DNA from: Felis catus
Lineage: Eukaryota
Length of the DNA: 64,000 bases
Direction: 5' to 3'
Assembly: GCF_018350175.1 (NCBI RefSeq)
Contig: NC_058368.1
Coordinates: forward strand, 113,214,001 to 113,278,000
Position 1 is the first letter of the stretch, and every line of letters starts with the position of its first letter. Positions 46,371-59,727 of this stretch are shown here, in pieces. The position numbers and the translations under genes are program-made. The notes under the pieces were generated by a model that searched no databases, was not told where the DNA came from, and saw nothing but the letters and a program-made list of their open reading frames with translations.

Positions 46371-48785
46371 CTCTTCTCCCAGGGCTGCCTCTACTTCATG
46401 TGATGCTCCTACCCTGAGGACCTCTAATTAGCTTGGGTGCCACATGCTTGAGGACGGGCAGGGCAAGGGAGTGATACGGTGACTACAACTGAGATCCTGA
46501 TGGCGTCGGCCATCCATTCCCTGCGCATCAGGTTTCTATGTGCATTACCAACCCCTGCCTGCAGAATATGAAATGTAGCAAAATGCACCCACCTTTGTGA
46601 AAGCCTTATTTTTTACCAAGAGGTCTTCCCTGTCTAGGAACCAGTAAAGTAAGTACAGCACCCCTACCTCTGAGCTCTCACGAACCCTCTGCTGCCCCTT
46701 ACTGTCAGTGAATATCCATTAGATGCTAAGCTCCTTGAGGGCAAAGACTGCTTTGTTCCCTTCAGTAGCCTCCACCAGTGCAGCCACATAGTAAGTTCTC
46801 AGTAAAAGTATTTATTGAGAGACGTTCTCTAGCTACTGCAGAGTTTACTCCTTTAAACATAGAATTTTTAAATTTAGTCCTATTGATATCTTAGAACGTG
46901 TCTTAGAAAACATCCCCCTTTTTAAGAGACATTAGGGGACATAATGTGGCCTCTTCTTTGAAGGTCATGACTGAACAGTCTCTATGATGAGGATGTCCTT
47001 AGGGGCTACTGAGTAAAGCAAGATCATTAACTCTGACACTAAATGGCTCCACAATTATATATAGAATATTGTATGTAATATGCATCAACATTATAGGATA
47101 TTAGTATTTTAATACATGGGAAAGATGGGCTTACTGCTGAATGACCACCAAAGAGAAGTGCCAAACCGGTTGGACAGTGGGTCAAGCCCACTCCATACTC
47201 AGTGGGAAGATACTAGAGAAAAGATACCCACACCTGGTATTGAGGAATGAAGAGGGAAAGACAGCAGCCCTTCTAGTTGACCCCAAGCATAGGGGACTTA
47301 GAAGGTTCTATGGTTTCCTCTTCAGAAGTCCTGAACTGATAAAAAAACATCTCTCCCTCTTGCAGCCTTGTGGTTCCTGAAGACTCACTTCACTGCCACT
47401 GCTTCAGGACATCAAACCTAAGAGCCTCTTTGGGGACTCAATTTGCTTCTGGCCAAGGGCAGGTCTTTTGCCAGCTCCCTAGCTGTCTATGGAAGGAGTC
47501 TCCTGGGACTGGAGGCTGCAAGGAACAGTTCTCCTCACATCAATCTGCTCTTCATTGAAAGGTTATTCAGAAAGCCCAAGGGCCCAGCTGCTCCTCGTGG
47601 ATTCCAGGGAAAGGTTCTTTTAGACCATCTGTGCATTAATTGTCCACTAACTCTCAAGGAAGCCTCCGGCAGGAATGGAAAAAAAAACACTTTTCCTTCC
47701 TCTTTCCCACAGACTCAACCACCTGAAATCACCCTTTGGACACTTCAGTGTTTACTTCTCAGAAATGACCATTCCCTTAAAATAAAAGATCCAAACTAGT
47801 TAAACAAGTGTCCTCTATGTCAGTATTCTCTACCAGTATCTACAGCTACGAACGGCAAAGAATAACCAAAAATGAAGGTGATCGTTCTGATTTTGGCCAA
47901 AGACCAGATGCTGATTCAGCTGTGGATCCCAACAGTTGCAAAACTCCACGTATGGGAACACGTGTGTTGTTGAGGAAGACATTCTGAGCCAACTGAAGAA
48001 GCCTACCCCTAATGCCCTTTGAGTTCAAGGCAGCGAGAGAGTTCATCAAGGTACAAAGATGCGGACCCATTCTGAGTTTTCTCTGTAGCTTATGATGACG
48101 CTCTGAATACAGGCTCTGCAAATTCACTGGTGGGGAGGGGGAGCCCTTGCCTGGGAGTTTCTATGGAAAACAAAATGCCGTCTAACGTTCACAAAGATAA
48201 GTTATCAAAGATGTGTGATACATATGCGTTGCTTATAATAGCTGAACATTAGGAGCAACTTTAACACTCCAAAATAGAGGTCTAATTACATAAATTATAT
48301 CTATAACTTGGGAATCTATGTAGCTATTAGAAAGTGTAATAGTACTCAACAACATAGGAGGTCATAGTATGCCGCTAAGTGATAAAAGGTCATAAAACAA
48401 CCTGTGAAGTGTGTGTGTATATACATATACAGACACCTAGATTTTCTTCTCTATGGCAAGGAAAATAATTAGAAGTCTATGCCACAACATGCTAACAGTT
48501 GTTAAAATGGTGGACTTTTGTATTTTTATACACACTGAATATATTTTCCAAAATCTCTACACTTAAAGTATTATAATTTTGTGGCCAGACTTTAAAACAT
48601 ATAAGATGTTATAGAGAGGAGGGGGAAATGCTTTGGAATTAAAGCAAATACCTGAAGTTGCTTTGTACATTTCACATAATGTTTCTGTGATTACTCAAAA
48701 AAACCGTTAAATCAATACTATCTAGTGACTAAGGGAATGTGATATTTAAAATGAAATAAATTAGCGAGAGCAAAGTTGGCCTTAC

Positions 48786-48902
48786 TGCCTTGGGCTGCGT
48801 CAGAGCTGGTGGGCTTGATGACCCGGTTGGCGTCCTCATGAAGGGCTCCGAACCAGTCTTTCAGCCGGGAAGCAAGGTTCCTCAACTCCTTGTCTGTGCA
48901 GG
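48786..48902 (-). CDS. SPOCK1: SPOCK1/testican-1 coding exon (probably exon 7, 117 nt), start of the extracellular Ca-binding (EC) region
   Basis: Minus strand reads tttgcttttctgcag|CC TGC ACA GAC AAG...CAA GGC A|gtaag. Translation (A)CTDKELRNLASRLKDWFGALHEDANRVIKPTSSDAAQG(R) matches testican-1 and joins the next exon in frame. Confidence 0.97.
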
Positions 48903-49589
48903 CTGCAGAAAAGCAAATGGAACAAACAGTGAATCCATGGACTTTCTCCTCTAGTTAGCTCTCTGTCCTCAACGTGCAACGCCATCCACGAAGCCACGCT
49001 CAAAACAAACCTCCCTCTCCAACCACGACACAACTCCTTACCCCCACTTGGAAAACAGGCCAAAGATACAGCAATGACAGGTAAGGAACGTGCCAGAGAG
49101 CCTAGACTCCTCGGGTAAGCAGCATTGTTCAGAACTGAATCTGGGCTGCCTCAGAGCTGTTAAAGCAAATGCTAATGGTCTCACAGTTGTTCACCAGTCT
49201 CCAAAGACCCCAAAAGATCCTTCTTGCTAACCCAATAAAACTTGCTATTATTTGCCAGAGACCACATTTTCCACTAAATTCATGCCAAGAGAGATTAAAA
49301 CTCGGGAATAGCCAATGTCCTTCGTGAGAGGCTGCCTGGAACACTAAAAGATCCCAGTAATGGCAGACTATCAATGTTGTTTTAGCCCAAGGTTGGGATT
49401 GGTGCATGTGGCCTATTTTGCTGGCCTTTTGGCAGACTGAGCTGACTTTCGCCTAAAGAGAGATGGATGCCTTCTCCATGCAAGTGTCCTTTCTCTTGCA
49501 GCCGATCTCTAACTATCAGGCTCATCTTTTAGGGTGCAGCATACGAACTGGGGCCAAGGAATACTCCTTCTGAGAACAAGAAGAAAACC

Positions 49590-49632
49590 TGGATGGATGG
49601 ATGGATGGATGGATGGATGGACGGACGGACAG
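49590..49632. repeat. (GGAT)n(GGAC)n tetranucleotide microsatellite
   Basis: Seen directly. Confidence 0.95.
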
Positions 49633-50589
49633 ACAGTGGGGTACAGGTTCTGTGAAGGTCTGATGGAGTGCTGAAGTAAGGGTTGAGGGAAGAAATCGAT
49701 GAAGGAGGAACAATGGTGTGGGAAAGGGAGCTGATTTCCCCTACCTCCCGGATTTTACCCTAATTCTGGGTATAGAGACTCCCCACAAAGGGTCCAGGCA
49801 ATGGCGCACTTCCAAGAGGCAGAAAAACCAGCCATTCACATCTGGAGCACCAGAAATTCAAGACCTGAGGGGCCAAACCCTCAGTAAGAAGGGACAAAGA
49901 CACGAACCCCACAACTGTCACTTTTCTCAGATTCTAAAGCTACAGGGACAGACAGTGCAGAAGCTAAGCTAAACACCATTATAGGGCAAAGCCAAGTTCT
50001 GAGTATCTTGTGGAGCTGACAGGATGCAGGTTAAAGCTGGACTCTACCAGTGAAGAGAGATCCCAGAAAATACCCCAGGCTCACCCCCAGAAGGCAATGG
50101 GGCAGTCACGAATGAGTAGACTGTCTTGCCGAAACTCCAGTCCTGCCTTCAGTCAGTGCAAGCTCTCACTAAAGAGAGCCTCCACCTGCCTCCAAAAGAA
50201 GAGAAGAGAATCATTCAGACCCTCTCCTCCTTTTTCGAACCCATGTCTGCTCTCGGGAAAGCCCATTTTTCCTTAGCCTGGGATTTGGGGCTTGATGGGG
50301 AATAGAGCCAAACTTCCCAGACCCCAGCTGGGAAAGGCCTCCCTGACTCTCCGTTTGAGGGGGCTTTCAGAGCTGTAGGTGAGGTGAGTAGAGTCTTACT
50401 GCTCTCATAGCTGTGCTCCTCATTCTAGGCCAGGATCTAGGTCTACACTCTACAAAGCATGGAGGGGATGCCCTCTTTATACTCACATAAGTAAGGACCT
50501 CAAGACACTCAGCCTTCCTTTCAACAACCAGGACGTGACCGTATCTTAAACCACTGGCCAGGAAATGGCACTAAGCATTGTCTTTTCAG

Positions 50590-50810
50590 GCAGCAGAGTA
50601 TAGCAGCTCTGGGCTCACAGTGCCTGGAATGAATCCCAGCTTTACCACTTACTGGCTGGGTGGCTCAAACAAGTCACAACCTCTCCGCACCTCGGCTTCC
50701 TCATCTGTAAGCCCAGGATATCGTTAAGTCAGTATAAATGAGATCAAGTATGTAAAGTGCTTAGCAAAGTACATGGTACATAACAATTGTTCGGCATGTG
50801 CTATGATTTT
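50590..50810 (+). mobile_element. MIR
   Basis: gaatcccagctttaccacttactggctggg...cctcggcttcctcatctgtaa...gtaaagtgcttagc. Confidence 0.75.
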
Positions 50811-50964
50811 AATTGCCACTGCTATTCTTTTTAAATTGAAGGTTTATAGGTAAGCTTAAAGCAAACATCGCAGCATGCAGAAAACCAGCACGACAACTGT
50901 GCCTCAACAAAACTGGCTTTGGCCACATAAGAAATTGGGAGACATGGATACTTGCAATGGGTAC

Positions 50965-51380
50965 AGTTGTCATTAGTCAGATGTGGCTATTTATATTAAC
51001 ACTAATTTATATAAATAAAAGATGCCCAGGGTGGCTCAGTCGGTTAAGTATCTGACTTCAGCTCAGGTCATGATCTTGCGATTCGTGGGTTGGAGCCCCA
51101 CGTTGGGCTCTGTGCTGACAGCTCGGAGCCTGGAGCCTGCTTCGGATTCTGTGTCTCCCTCTCTCTCTCTGCCCCTCCCCTGCTCATGCTCTGTCTCTCT
51201 GTCTCTCTGTCTCTCTCTCTCTCTCAAAAATAAACATTAAAACATTTTTTAAATAAATCAAAGACAGTTCTTCGGTTGCACTCACTCCATTCCAAGTGCT
51301 CACATGGCTGGGGACGCCGTACGCGATCATACACAGAGTGTTTCCATCATAGCACAATTCGGTGCCAGATAACAATGGAT
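50965..51380. mobile_element. MER3-like hAT MITE split by a + strand Can-SINE (51021-51258)
   Basis: atgtggctatttatattaa...[SINE]...cagttcttcggttgcact...caagtgctc...tttccatcatagcac. Confidence 0.7.
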
Positions 51381-52765
51381 GAAGTTAGCTATCCCTTTGG
51401 GATTTCCAACTTTTTGGAGGTTCATCATGATATGTTCTACGTCTACTCCTTCCCTTCGGTCTTTAAAGATGGGCTGAGGAAGAAGATCCCATGCCTGCTC
51501 AAGCCAGGAGCCTGCATCTCACACTAAGCCACACACACAGCAAGAAGAGGGCAGGTTCACACCGACACGTGGACGGGTCCCAACTTGGAACGTTGGGATA
51601 GGGTGCTCACCTTTCTGACTTCTCAGATGCCAAGCAGCGCATAAGGGAGAGGATGTGGTCTGTTTTCCCGATAGGAGTGAGATGTGGGCTCTGGAGTCAA
51701 TCTCACATTTGAAAATGGAAAATTAATAGCATCTATTTCTTCTCAATTGCCATGCACACCATCTATTCTAAACGTTCTCCGAGCAGAGAAAATTGCCAAG
51801 TCAACTTGCAAAGGAAATGAATCCCCATCTCACACTGCAGGATAAATTAGTCAGTCATGTTTAACTAAACCCTGACAGATGTGCAGGTAATCTATATCTT
51901 TAGAAGGCTGTTGAATTTCCCACAGGCTTTCCAAAGTACACAGGCTCTGGATGGCGGATGGAATCAGGCGCTGGAATCTTAAAAGAGAGAATCTGTCACT
52001 CAGGGGGAAGTGCACAAGCACGATGCCACTGGCTTGGGTACAGAGAGATCAGAAAGCCAGAATGGAGACAGGAGGCACTCAATTACTGGGCCCCGTTCAC
52101 TCGCTGTGTCTTCCACTGAATGGTCCGAATGGGGAAAAAGTCAGGCACAGTTGGCCTGGAGCTAGATACATCCCAAAGAAAAAAATAAAGATGACAGCCT
52201 GCAGAGAGCTGTTTGTTCAAATTGGGTATTCTAGCCAAAAAAGACATGCCAGCAATGGGGGGTAGGGGATGCTCGCCTTTTAAGGGGCCCGTCGTAGCCC
52301 CTGATAAAGGTATGAACTGAGGATTGATGCTTTCAGACGTGGAGGCTTAAAGGGCACCTCCCACACGCTCCATTCCTTTCTGGGGAAAATTAGTTTTGGG
52401 GGAGAGAAAACTTGATAAAACCACATCCACCTGCCATTCTCACATGGTGCCCTGAGGTGGACCACTCCTTGTGCTTTCTCAAGAGGGGGTCTGAGCTCTC
52501 CTCTCCTCCTGGTCAGAGAAGCCTGATACCCAGGCCAGGAGCAACAGAATCCCCAGAGGACTCGGTTCACTCAGGCAGGCTAAGACCTGAGCCCCCTTGC
52601 CCCTGGGTTACCTTCCTGAGTGAGTGAGGCCAGCCACTCCTCTTCACGTCCCCTCCCTTCCCTTCGCTTCCCTCCTGCCCTGCACTGGGGCTTCAGCTCA
52701 CTTTGAACTACCCTCATTCTCCCAAGTGTCCCTTCTTGTTTCCACAGGCTACTCCCCATGTTTTT

Positions 52766-52993
52766 GTTTTGCTTTGTTTTAATTTTTTTTAACGTTTATT
52801 TATTTTTGAGACAGAGAGAGACAGAGCATGAACGGGGGAGGGGCAGAGAGAGAGGGAGACACAGAATCAGAAGCAGGCTCCAGGCTCTGAGCCATCAGCC
52901 CAGAGCCCGACGCGGGGCTCGAACTCATGGACCGTGAGATTGTGACCTGAGCCGAAATCGGACGCTTAACCGACTGAGCCACCCAGACGCCCC
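52766..52993 (-). mobile_element. Can-SINE
   Basis: TSD actccccatgttttt on both sides. Confidence 0.94.
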
Positions 52994-53049
52994 ACTCCCC
53001 ATGTTTTTGACAGGCCCTCAATCTGCTCCAGCGTGGCTGGGGCACAGGC

Positions 53050-53740
53050 AGCGTCCTCGCCTCCTCCCGTGGTCAGAGAATGGCACCACCAGGCACTCGC
53101 ATCCTCAGGGCACACACCTGGGACTTATCCTGGGATCCCTAAAAAAAAAAGTTTCTTGCTTCTTGCTGGCTCCACTGCCTTCATTCCAGTCCTTATCACC
53201 ACTGCTACGCACACCAAAGAGGCTGGATCAGGATCCTAATTGGTTTCCTGTCTTTCCCTCCACTCTCCCTTCTCCATCCAGCAGTCAAAGCACTCTCTTT
53301 CTAAAGTGACGTCACTTTCCTGCTTAGTTAGCTCCTTCAGAGCCTCTTAATCACTCTGCAGGCAAGTCCAAATCTATAACGTGACCTGTGCTTCGATCGC
53401 AGTGCCCTGCCCTGCCTCTGGTCTCCCTCTTCTCCTCGGGGCTCCCTGCTCCGCCCTGTCCTTTGCAGAAGCAGCTCCACCTGGGGCACCCCTCCTCGGT
53501 GTCTTGCTAATATGCAAATTTCTCGGATCTCTGCTTTTAATGTGTTTCCTCTTCGAGGGCTTCCCTAAGCCTCACAAGAGGGGGGTTTCCCTTCTGTGTG
53601 CTTCCAGCACCGTCACCTCTCGTTCACTGTCCACCTTCCCCTCTAGATGGGAGCAGCGCCCGGGGCGTGGCTCACCTCAGGGGGGCCAGCATCTTAGGCA
53701 GCCCGTTCCTGGCATAAAGAATGCTGTTGATAACATACTA
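53050..53740 (+). mobile_element. L2 fragment
   Basis: ttctccatccagcagtcaaagcactctctttctaaagtg, sense L2 core. Confidence 0.6.
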
Positions 53741-55562
53741 CCTCACCGAGCGTAATAACCCTCTTGTTGCCTTTTGCAAACTTCCATTTATCCATCTGCA
53801 AAATGGCATAATAAAGCTCAGCTCATAGCATTACTGCAGGGAATGAGAGAGTATCAGTAAAACATAGCTCACAGCTACTGGAGTAGAGCAGGGACTTAAC
53901 AAATGTAGATTCCTCTTCCCGTATCCCAACTGGCTGCATAATGTGTTATAATTTTATCCTTATGTTTTTGTTGAAGCCTGAGGAGATGCTTGTGATATAA
54001 AAAATAATACCTTTCCTTCACTTATTTTGTAGGTGGCTTGGTACAAATTAAGAAGGTTCGACGTGCAATATATGTCTGCCTTCTCCCGCATAGAAACGCT
54101 CCATAACCGAGGGTTTGGTTTGACTTCTCTGTGTCTGTATTCTCAGCCCTTACCAAGGATGGATAGTTTTTCAAAATATATGTTTTTAAAAAAAACAAAA
54201 CAAAACAGAAAAACATGAATACACTGGTTATAAGCTCCTTCAGTCTCACAGCTATCAAGTGACAGAGACAGGATTTAGATCCAGGCTGTTTTCTTGCTGG
54301 GCTGCCCTGGGTGCTGGACTGGCTCCTTGCATTAACTGGGCTTGAGGGGAGCCAGCAGTAACTGGGGCAATTAACAGACTTGGTCCATTTTCTGAGTTGG
54401 AAAAAAAATCCAAACATCAGGCCTTCACAGGTACAGGAAGTTCTGCCAATGATGCAGGTGACGCAGCTGGCTGAGTATTAGAGGGATGAAATCAGGCTCT
54501 GCTTTCATTAGCTCTGGCGTGAGAACAGCGGTCCTACGGAAGGAACACACAGCCTGCTGCCTTCCTGTTAGGCTCCCAGGAGCGGGGATCACATGTGCGG
54601 CCGCTGGGGCTTCATTAGAGAAAAGTAGAGTGCCATTGCACATTACTCCAGTGTGTACAAAAAGACAGCTTTGTCCCCCAGGAAAGCCCAGTGCTCAGGC
54701 AGAGAAGGGCCCAGGTAATTTGGTGGTCTCCCAGTGGACTTGTCCTGTCTCCTTGGAAAATATGAACAAAATGCAATAAGCAAGTGTAAATAAGGCACAT
54801 GCAGCCGCCGTGGAAGGCGCATAGCCCAGGGAAGAAAATGTGATCACTTTTCCCACCTGGGCGCCCTCTCCTCTCTCCACCCAAGGCCTGGAGCTTTAAG
54901 GGGCCTCGAGCTAGACTGGATTTGACTGCAACAGCGTGCCCGTAAAGCGGGAGGACATCATGAGTGACCCGGCTGACAGGGGCGGGAAGGAGGTACCGGT
55001 ACTTAAATACTATAGGGCAGAGATGGTGTTAACAGGATTACTGCAGCGCTAGTGACGTTTTGAGGGAGGAAGGGAGGGGTGCTTTCATTTATTACTATTT
55101 GGTCGGGGGGCAGGGAGCCCAGGAAACAGCTACTGAAGGAGAGAAAGGGGAGCTTCTTAAGTGAGTATCAGTCAATGGGTCCTGCCTGCCCCCAGGCCAC
55201 CATCACACCACAGTCCTTATCTCCTTCAGACAAAGCCAAGGCCTAGAAAAGAGGGGTGGGGAAGTTTCAAACAGGTGCTGGTTTTGGAAGTGGGGAGACA
55301 GAAGCCAGGCAATCCAAGCTTCTTGGGAAAGGGTTCCCAAAGGTGGTAACTGGTGTTCCGAGCTGGTCTCAGCTTACTGATGACTTTGGTGGCTGAAGGA
55401 CACTCTAGAAAGGCCTCTCAGAGGATTACACAGAAAACCAGAAGGCAAGGAAATAATCAGAGGGATAAAAAAAAAAAATATTTGGAGTGATATAAAAAGT
55501 GGAGGTGGGGGCAGATATTCTGCATTCAGAGCTGTAGTGTTAATATCTAATAGAGTGAGCAG

Positions 55563-55565
<3 letters not shown>

Positions 55566-55610
<45 letters not shown>
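55566..55610. repeat. (GT)n microsatellite, ~22 units
   Basis: Seen directly. Confidence 0.97.
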
Positions 55611-55613
<3 letters not shown>

Positions 55614-57147
55614 GATGTTAAAATCCTAACTGAAGCCACATTTGAACACTCAGTTGTGGATGTTTGAAAATGGCAAATCTGACACACAAGCATTGTAGGC
55701 GATCTGTAAACCTCTGCTAGGGCACCAATTACTGGTAAACTCGTGTAACTCCTGAAATCCTTCAGCTAAAGAGCCGGGAAGAAAACACCCCCCCCTGTCA
55801 CATGAAGCCACTGCGTTCTGCCCCTCTAGCCTTACCAGTGCTTAGCTCAGGGTTCCGGAAGAAGTTAATATGAAAACAGTTAGAATTTAATTTAAACTTT
55901 AGTGCCTCTGAAGGTAATTAAAGAGTTGGGCCAGACCGGAGCTCTCTCTGGAGCAGGCCGGGAGGCCTCTCAGAAACCGAGACTTGTGAAAGCAATCTTC
56001 TTCAGCCCTCCTAGGTGCTGTTGTGCTTAATTACTTAATCAGAGCAACACTGGATCAATGCACTCAGAGTGCGTGCAATTAGCATCTCCTGCAAAAAGTC
56101 CAGCTGAGCCGTTTTTAGGGCAGAGATGAGGGGATGAGCAGAGCCCAGGCTGGAACAAACACCAGGATGCCTTCCCAAGCCGCTCAGGAACACCTAGGCT
56201 CGATGCCACCCTCAAGTACGCGCAGGCTCCTTTTCCCAGTAGGGACCTGGGCCCCCGTGCTGTTGGCGCACACAGCACACGGCAAGTGCCCCAGGGTAGG
56301 GCTGTTATGGAACCAGGCTGGAACGCTGGCGGAAAAACCAAGCGGCACTCGGAGATCTTGGTGGATCGGAGATTTATTTACCACCGGCGGGGTCAGAGGA
56401 GACCGTTTCTCCAAAGATCTGAGCGCCGAATGCAAGTGGGGAGGGTAACTTACAGTTGTCAGCCTCCGTATCTGGGGGGGTTTTCGCGCACGCGGCCAAC
56501 GAAGGAAGAAGCACCCGGAGGAAGGGTCTCCAAGCTAGAGACCAGAGCGTGTTTTAGTCCCGTGGACCATCTTTGGAGCAGTACTTTATTCACTTCTCCA
56601 TCAGGGCAAGTGTGTGGGAATGGAACGGACGGGCGCTGTATTTCACGGGAGCTTGAGAGAGTGTGAGACCCAAGGCTACAGTCCCCTGGGACCATGGACC
56701 CTAGTAAACTGGAACTCAAAGAGGTGAGGGTTGATTCCGCTTAGCAGGATTTCAGAAGCAGTAACCACATCCTGGTTAAGGGGATCCTGGGGCAGCAAGA
56801 GTGGATAACTAGGCTCTGCAGAAAGATGGACCTGAGCTCCGAGGCCTGCACTGACATCCTGGCTGAGGCTGGACAGGTGACCTTCCCACTCTTCAGCTTC
56901 CTCATGTGCATATGGAGAAGGTGCTCATAGGATTATGGGAGGACTGCATGGGAATGCACTCAAGTGCCCGGCATCTCGGCAGCGGGTGGCTCGGATACCG
57001 TTTGTGTTTGTGGACATGGCGTGACACAGTGATCCACCAGAGGGAAGGTAGGGAAATCAAGATCACACATGCCGCATTTGCACCTGAAATGACCAAGTGA
57101 AGCTAGCCAGTTAAATGGCTAAAGAGAGATTCAAATCCACATCTCTT

Positions 57148-57280
57148 GGGGCATCTGGGTGGCTCAGTCGGTTGAGCGTCTGACTTCGGCTCAGGTCATG
57201 ATCTTGCAGTTCGTGAGTTTGAGCCCTGCGTCTGACCCTGTGCTGTCAGCTCAGAGCCTCTGGAAGTTCGCTTGATCTGC
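57148..57280 (+). mobile_element. 3'-truncated Can-SINE next to a MIR fragment
   Basis: Head intact; (CT)n and tail absent. Confidence 0.85.
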
Positions 57281-58948
57281 TCTCATACCATAGCCCCAGG
57301 TGCGTGCACCTATCCTTCCACCCAGTCCTCCCCGCAGGCGCAGGGCCCCTTCCACAAGATTAGGATCAAGCAGCTGAGTGCACGGCAGGACCACACTCCC
57401 TCCCAGGCACATGAACAGGGAACAGGCGGCTGGTGCTGTGGCTGAGAGCCCAGGCTTGTGGGCCTGACAGCCTTGGGTCTGAATGCCAGCTTCGAGTGTG
57501 TGAGCTGCTGTTCTCCACCTAAGTCCATGCTCTTCTTGAAACTTCTTTTTTTCTTCCATACATAAAACAGGGATACTGAGAGTATCAGCCTCACCGGGTT
57601 GTGGTGAGGATTTGCTGTGAAGCTGAAGTTTTCCAAACCCAAGAGGCAGTCACCACCATCTTGCCCTCTGAGAAACTTCTGGAGCTGGTAGTGTTCACCA
57701 CTGGGAGGTAACAGAGAATAAGCTCCCAGCCGTATAAGCGGCTTTTGTGACTGGAAACACGACTGAAGTTTCCTGAGGGGAATTTTCCAAGCTTATACAA
57801 GGTGAATCTCCATTTCTCACTGGAGATCATCGCAGAGAGATTTGAGCGTGCTCAGATTAAATTGTGTTGTTATATGTAAATCCAGGTTTTACTCTTCAGG
57901 GCCTAAAACATCAGTACAGATGCATGTTCTCTTATGCTGGGAGAATGCACCATTTTCTGTAAACAACAGGCCTGAGCAAAGGAATTAGGGCCCCATTATT
58001 CAGGAGCTCGCTAATAAAGTCCTTAAAAAGCAATCTTTGAAAGAGCTTAAAATACTGACATTAAACTTGAAGGAAAATGAGTTAAACTAATTAATGGTAG
58101 AGCCTACAAGCATAGATGGATAAATATCCCTATTAACCCCATTATGGCTATTCTTAGTAACCTGATTTGAGGAGACTTTAATGTTCCCTTTGATTCGAAT
58201 GATAATCCTTCATGTGGAAAAAGAAATACATTTAGAATTTACACAACATTTGTAAATGTGCATTAGCAGAGTAACACTTACTTTTTCCCGCTGAATAATC
58301 TAGAGCAGGGAGGTTAGCTAGATGAAATAAGCTTTTAAAGCTTCCGATGAAATCCACAGCCTTTTCCACCACTCCACGGTAAAGAAAAAAAAAAAAAGTG
58401 GATGTGCAAAATCTTGGTTGGAAATGCCAACCGTGGCTTCAGTTGTGTTTCCCAGACACTGGGTAGGCATTTCCCGACATGGGAAATCTGAAAAAGATTA
58501 GTGGTGCTGTAGAAAAAACAGCATCATAACCGGCAATTTGACTGAAGGACTTCATGGTCCTCGACTAATAAAGACTAAATGCCAGAAATGAGAACTGCTC
58601 TTCTCACCTAAAATCAGCAATGGCAGATGCTTCAGGACGAGGTGTGGGATACAGGCTCAACCCCGACTCCTGGGAGGAGCTGGGGTGGACAGAGCCCTGG
58701 GAAAGGGGCTGGGTGAAGTCCCTGTGTGTGCCGTCCCACTGCCAAGAGGCAGACAGACAGTTACTCTGCATTTTCTTAATCTATAAGCTCAGGTGGCCGA
58801 TGACAGTCTGGGAAGGCTTCCAAAAGGAGGCAGCTGAGATGATGTGCAGGGAGCACTTAGAAAAGGGGAAGACAGTCCAGGCAGGTCTTCGAAATAATGA
58901 GGAAGCCAATGTGAATGATGCGACTTTTTCTTAAACTAACTTATACTT

Positions 58949-59180
58949 TTTTTAAAATTATTTTTTTTTAATTTTTTTCAACGTTTATTTATTTTTGGGA
59001 CAGAGAGAGACAGAGCATGAACGGGGGAGGGGCAGAGAGAGAGGGAGACACAGAATGGGAAACAGGCTCCAGGCTCTGAGCCATCAGCCCAGAGCCTGAC
59101 GCGGGGCTCGAACTCACGGACCGTGAGATCGTGACCTGGCTGAAGTCGGACGCTTAACCGACTGCGCCACCCAGGCGCCC
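58949..59180 (-). mobile_element. Young Can-SINE (SINEC_Fc type)
   Basis: Perfect 19-bp TSD cttaaactaacttatactt at 58930-58948 and 59181-59199. Confidence 0.96.
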
Positions 59181-59506
59181 CTTAAACTAACTTATACTTA
59201 AGATTAGCTCTGCTCGGATTAAACACACCAACTTTTAGCATGATTAGATCTAATTCTCATTCATAAACATATAAAAAATCAAACATGTATAAATGCTTAC
59301 ATAAATGCATATATATGTAAAATGCCCCATGTATCTAACAATATTCCAATATATTAGAGATTATATAAATGCTTCTATACCTTTCAAGGACCGTCTTCTG
59401 ACCAGGTAGCATTGACAATGCCAGGAGTGATACATAAGCCTATATCTGGAGGTTTTAGTGACAGAAGACATATCTTTTGAGTACACATAAGATGAATCTC
59501 CATTTT

Positions 59507-59727
59507 GGGGCGCCTGGATGGCTCACTTGGTTAAGCGTCTGACTTTGGCTCAGGTCATGATCTCACGGTCTGTGAGTTCGAGCCTCACAACGGGGTCTGT
59601 GCTGACAGCTTGGAGCCTGGAGCCTACTTCAGGTTCTGTGTCTCCCTCTCTCTCTGCCCCTTCCCCACTCACACTCTTTCTCTCTCTCTCTCTCTCTCTC
59701 TCAGAAATAAATAAACATTAAAAAAAT
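59507..59727 (+). mobile_element. Can-SINE
   Basis: TSD atgaatc(t/g)ccatt. Confidence 0.93.
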
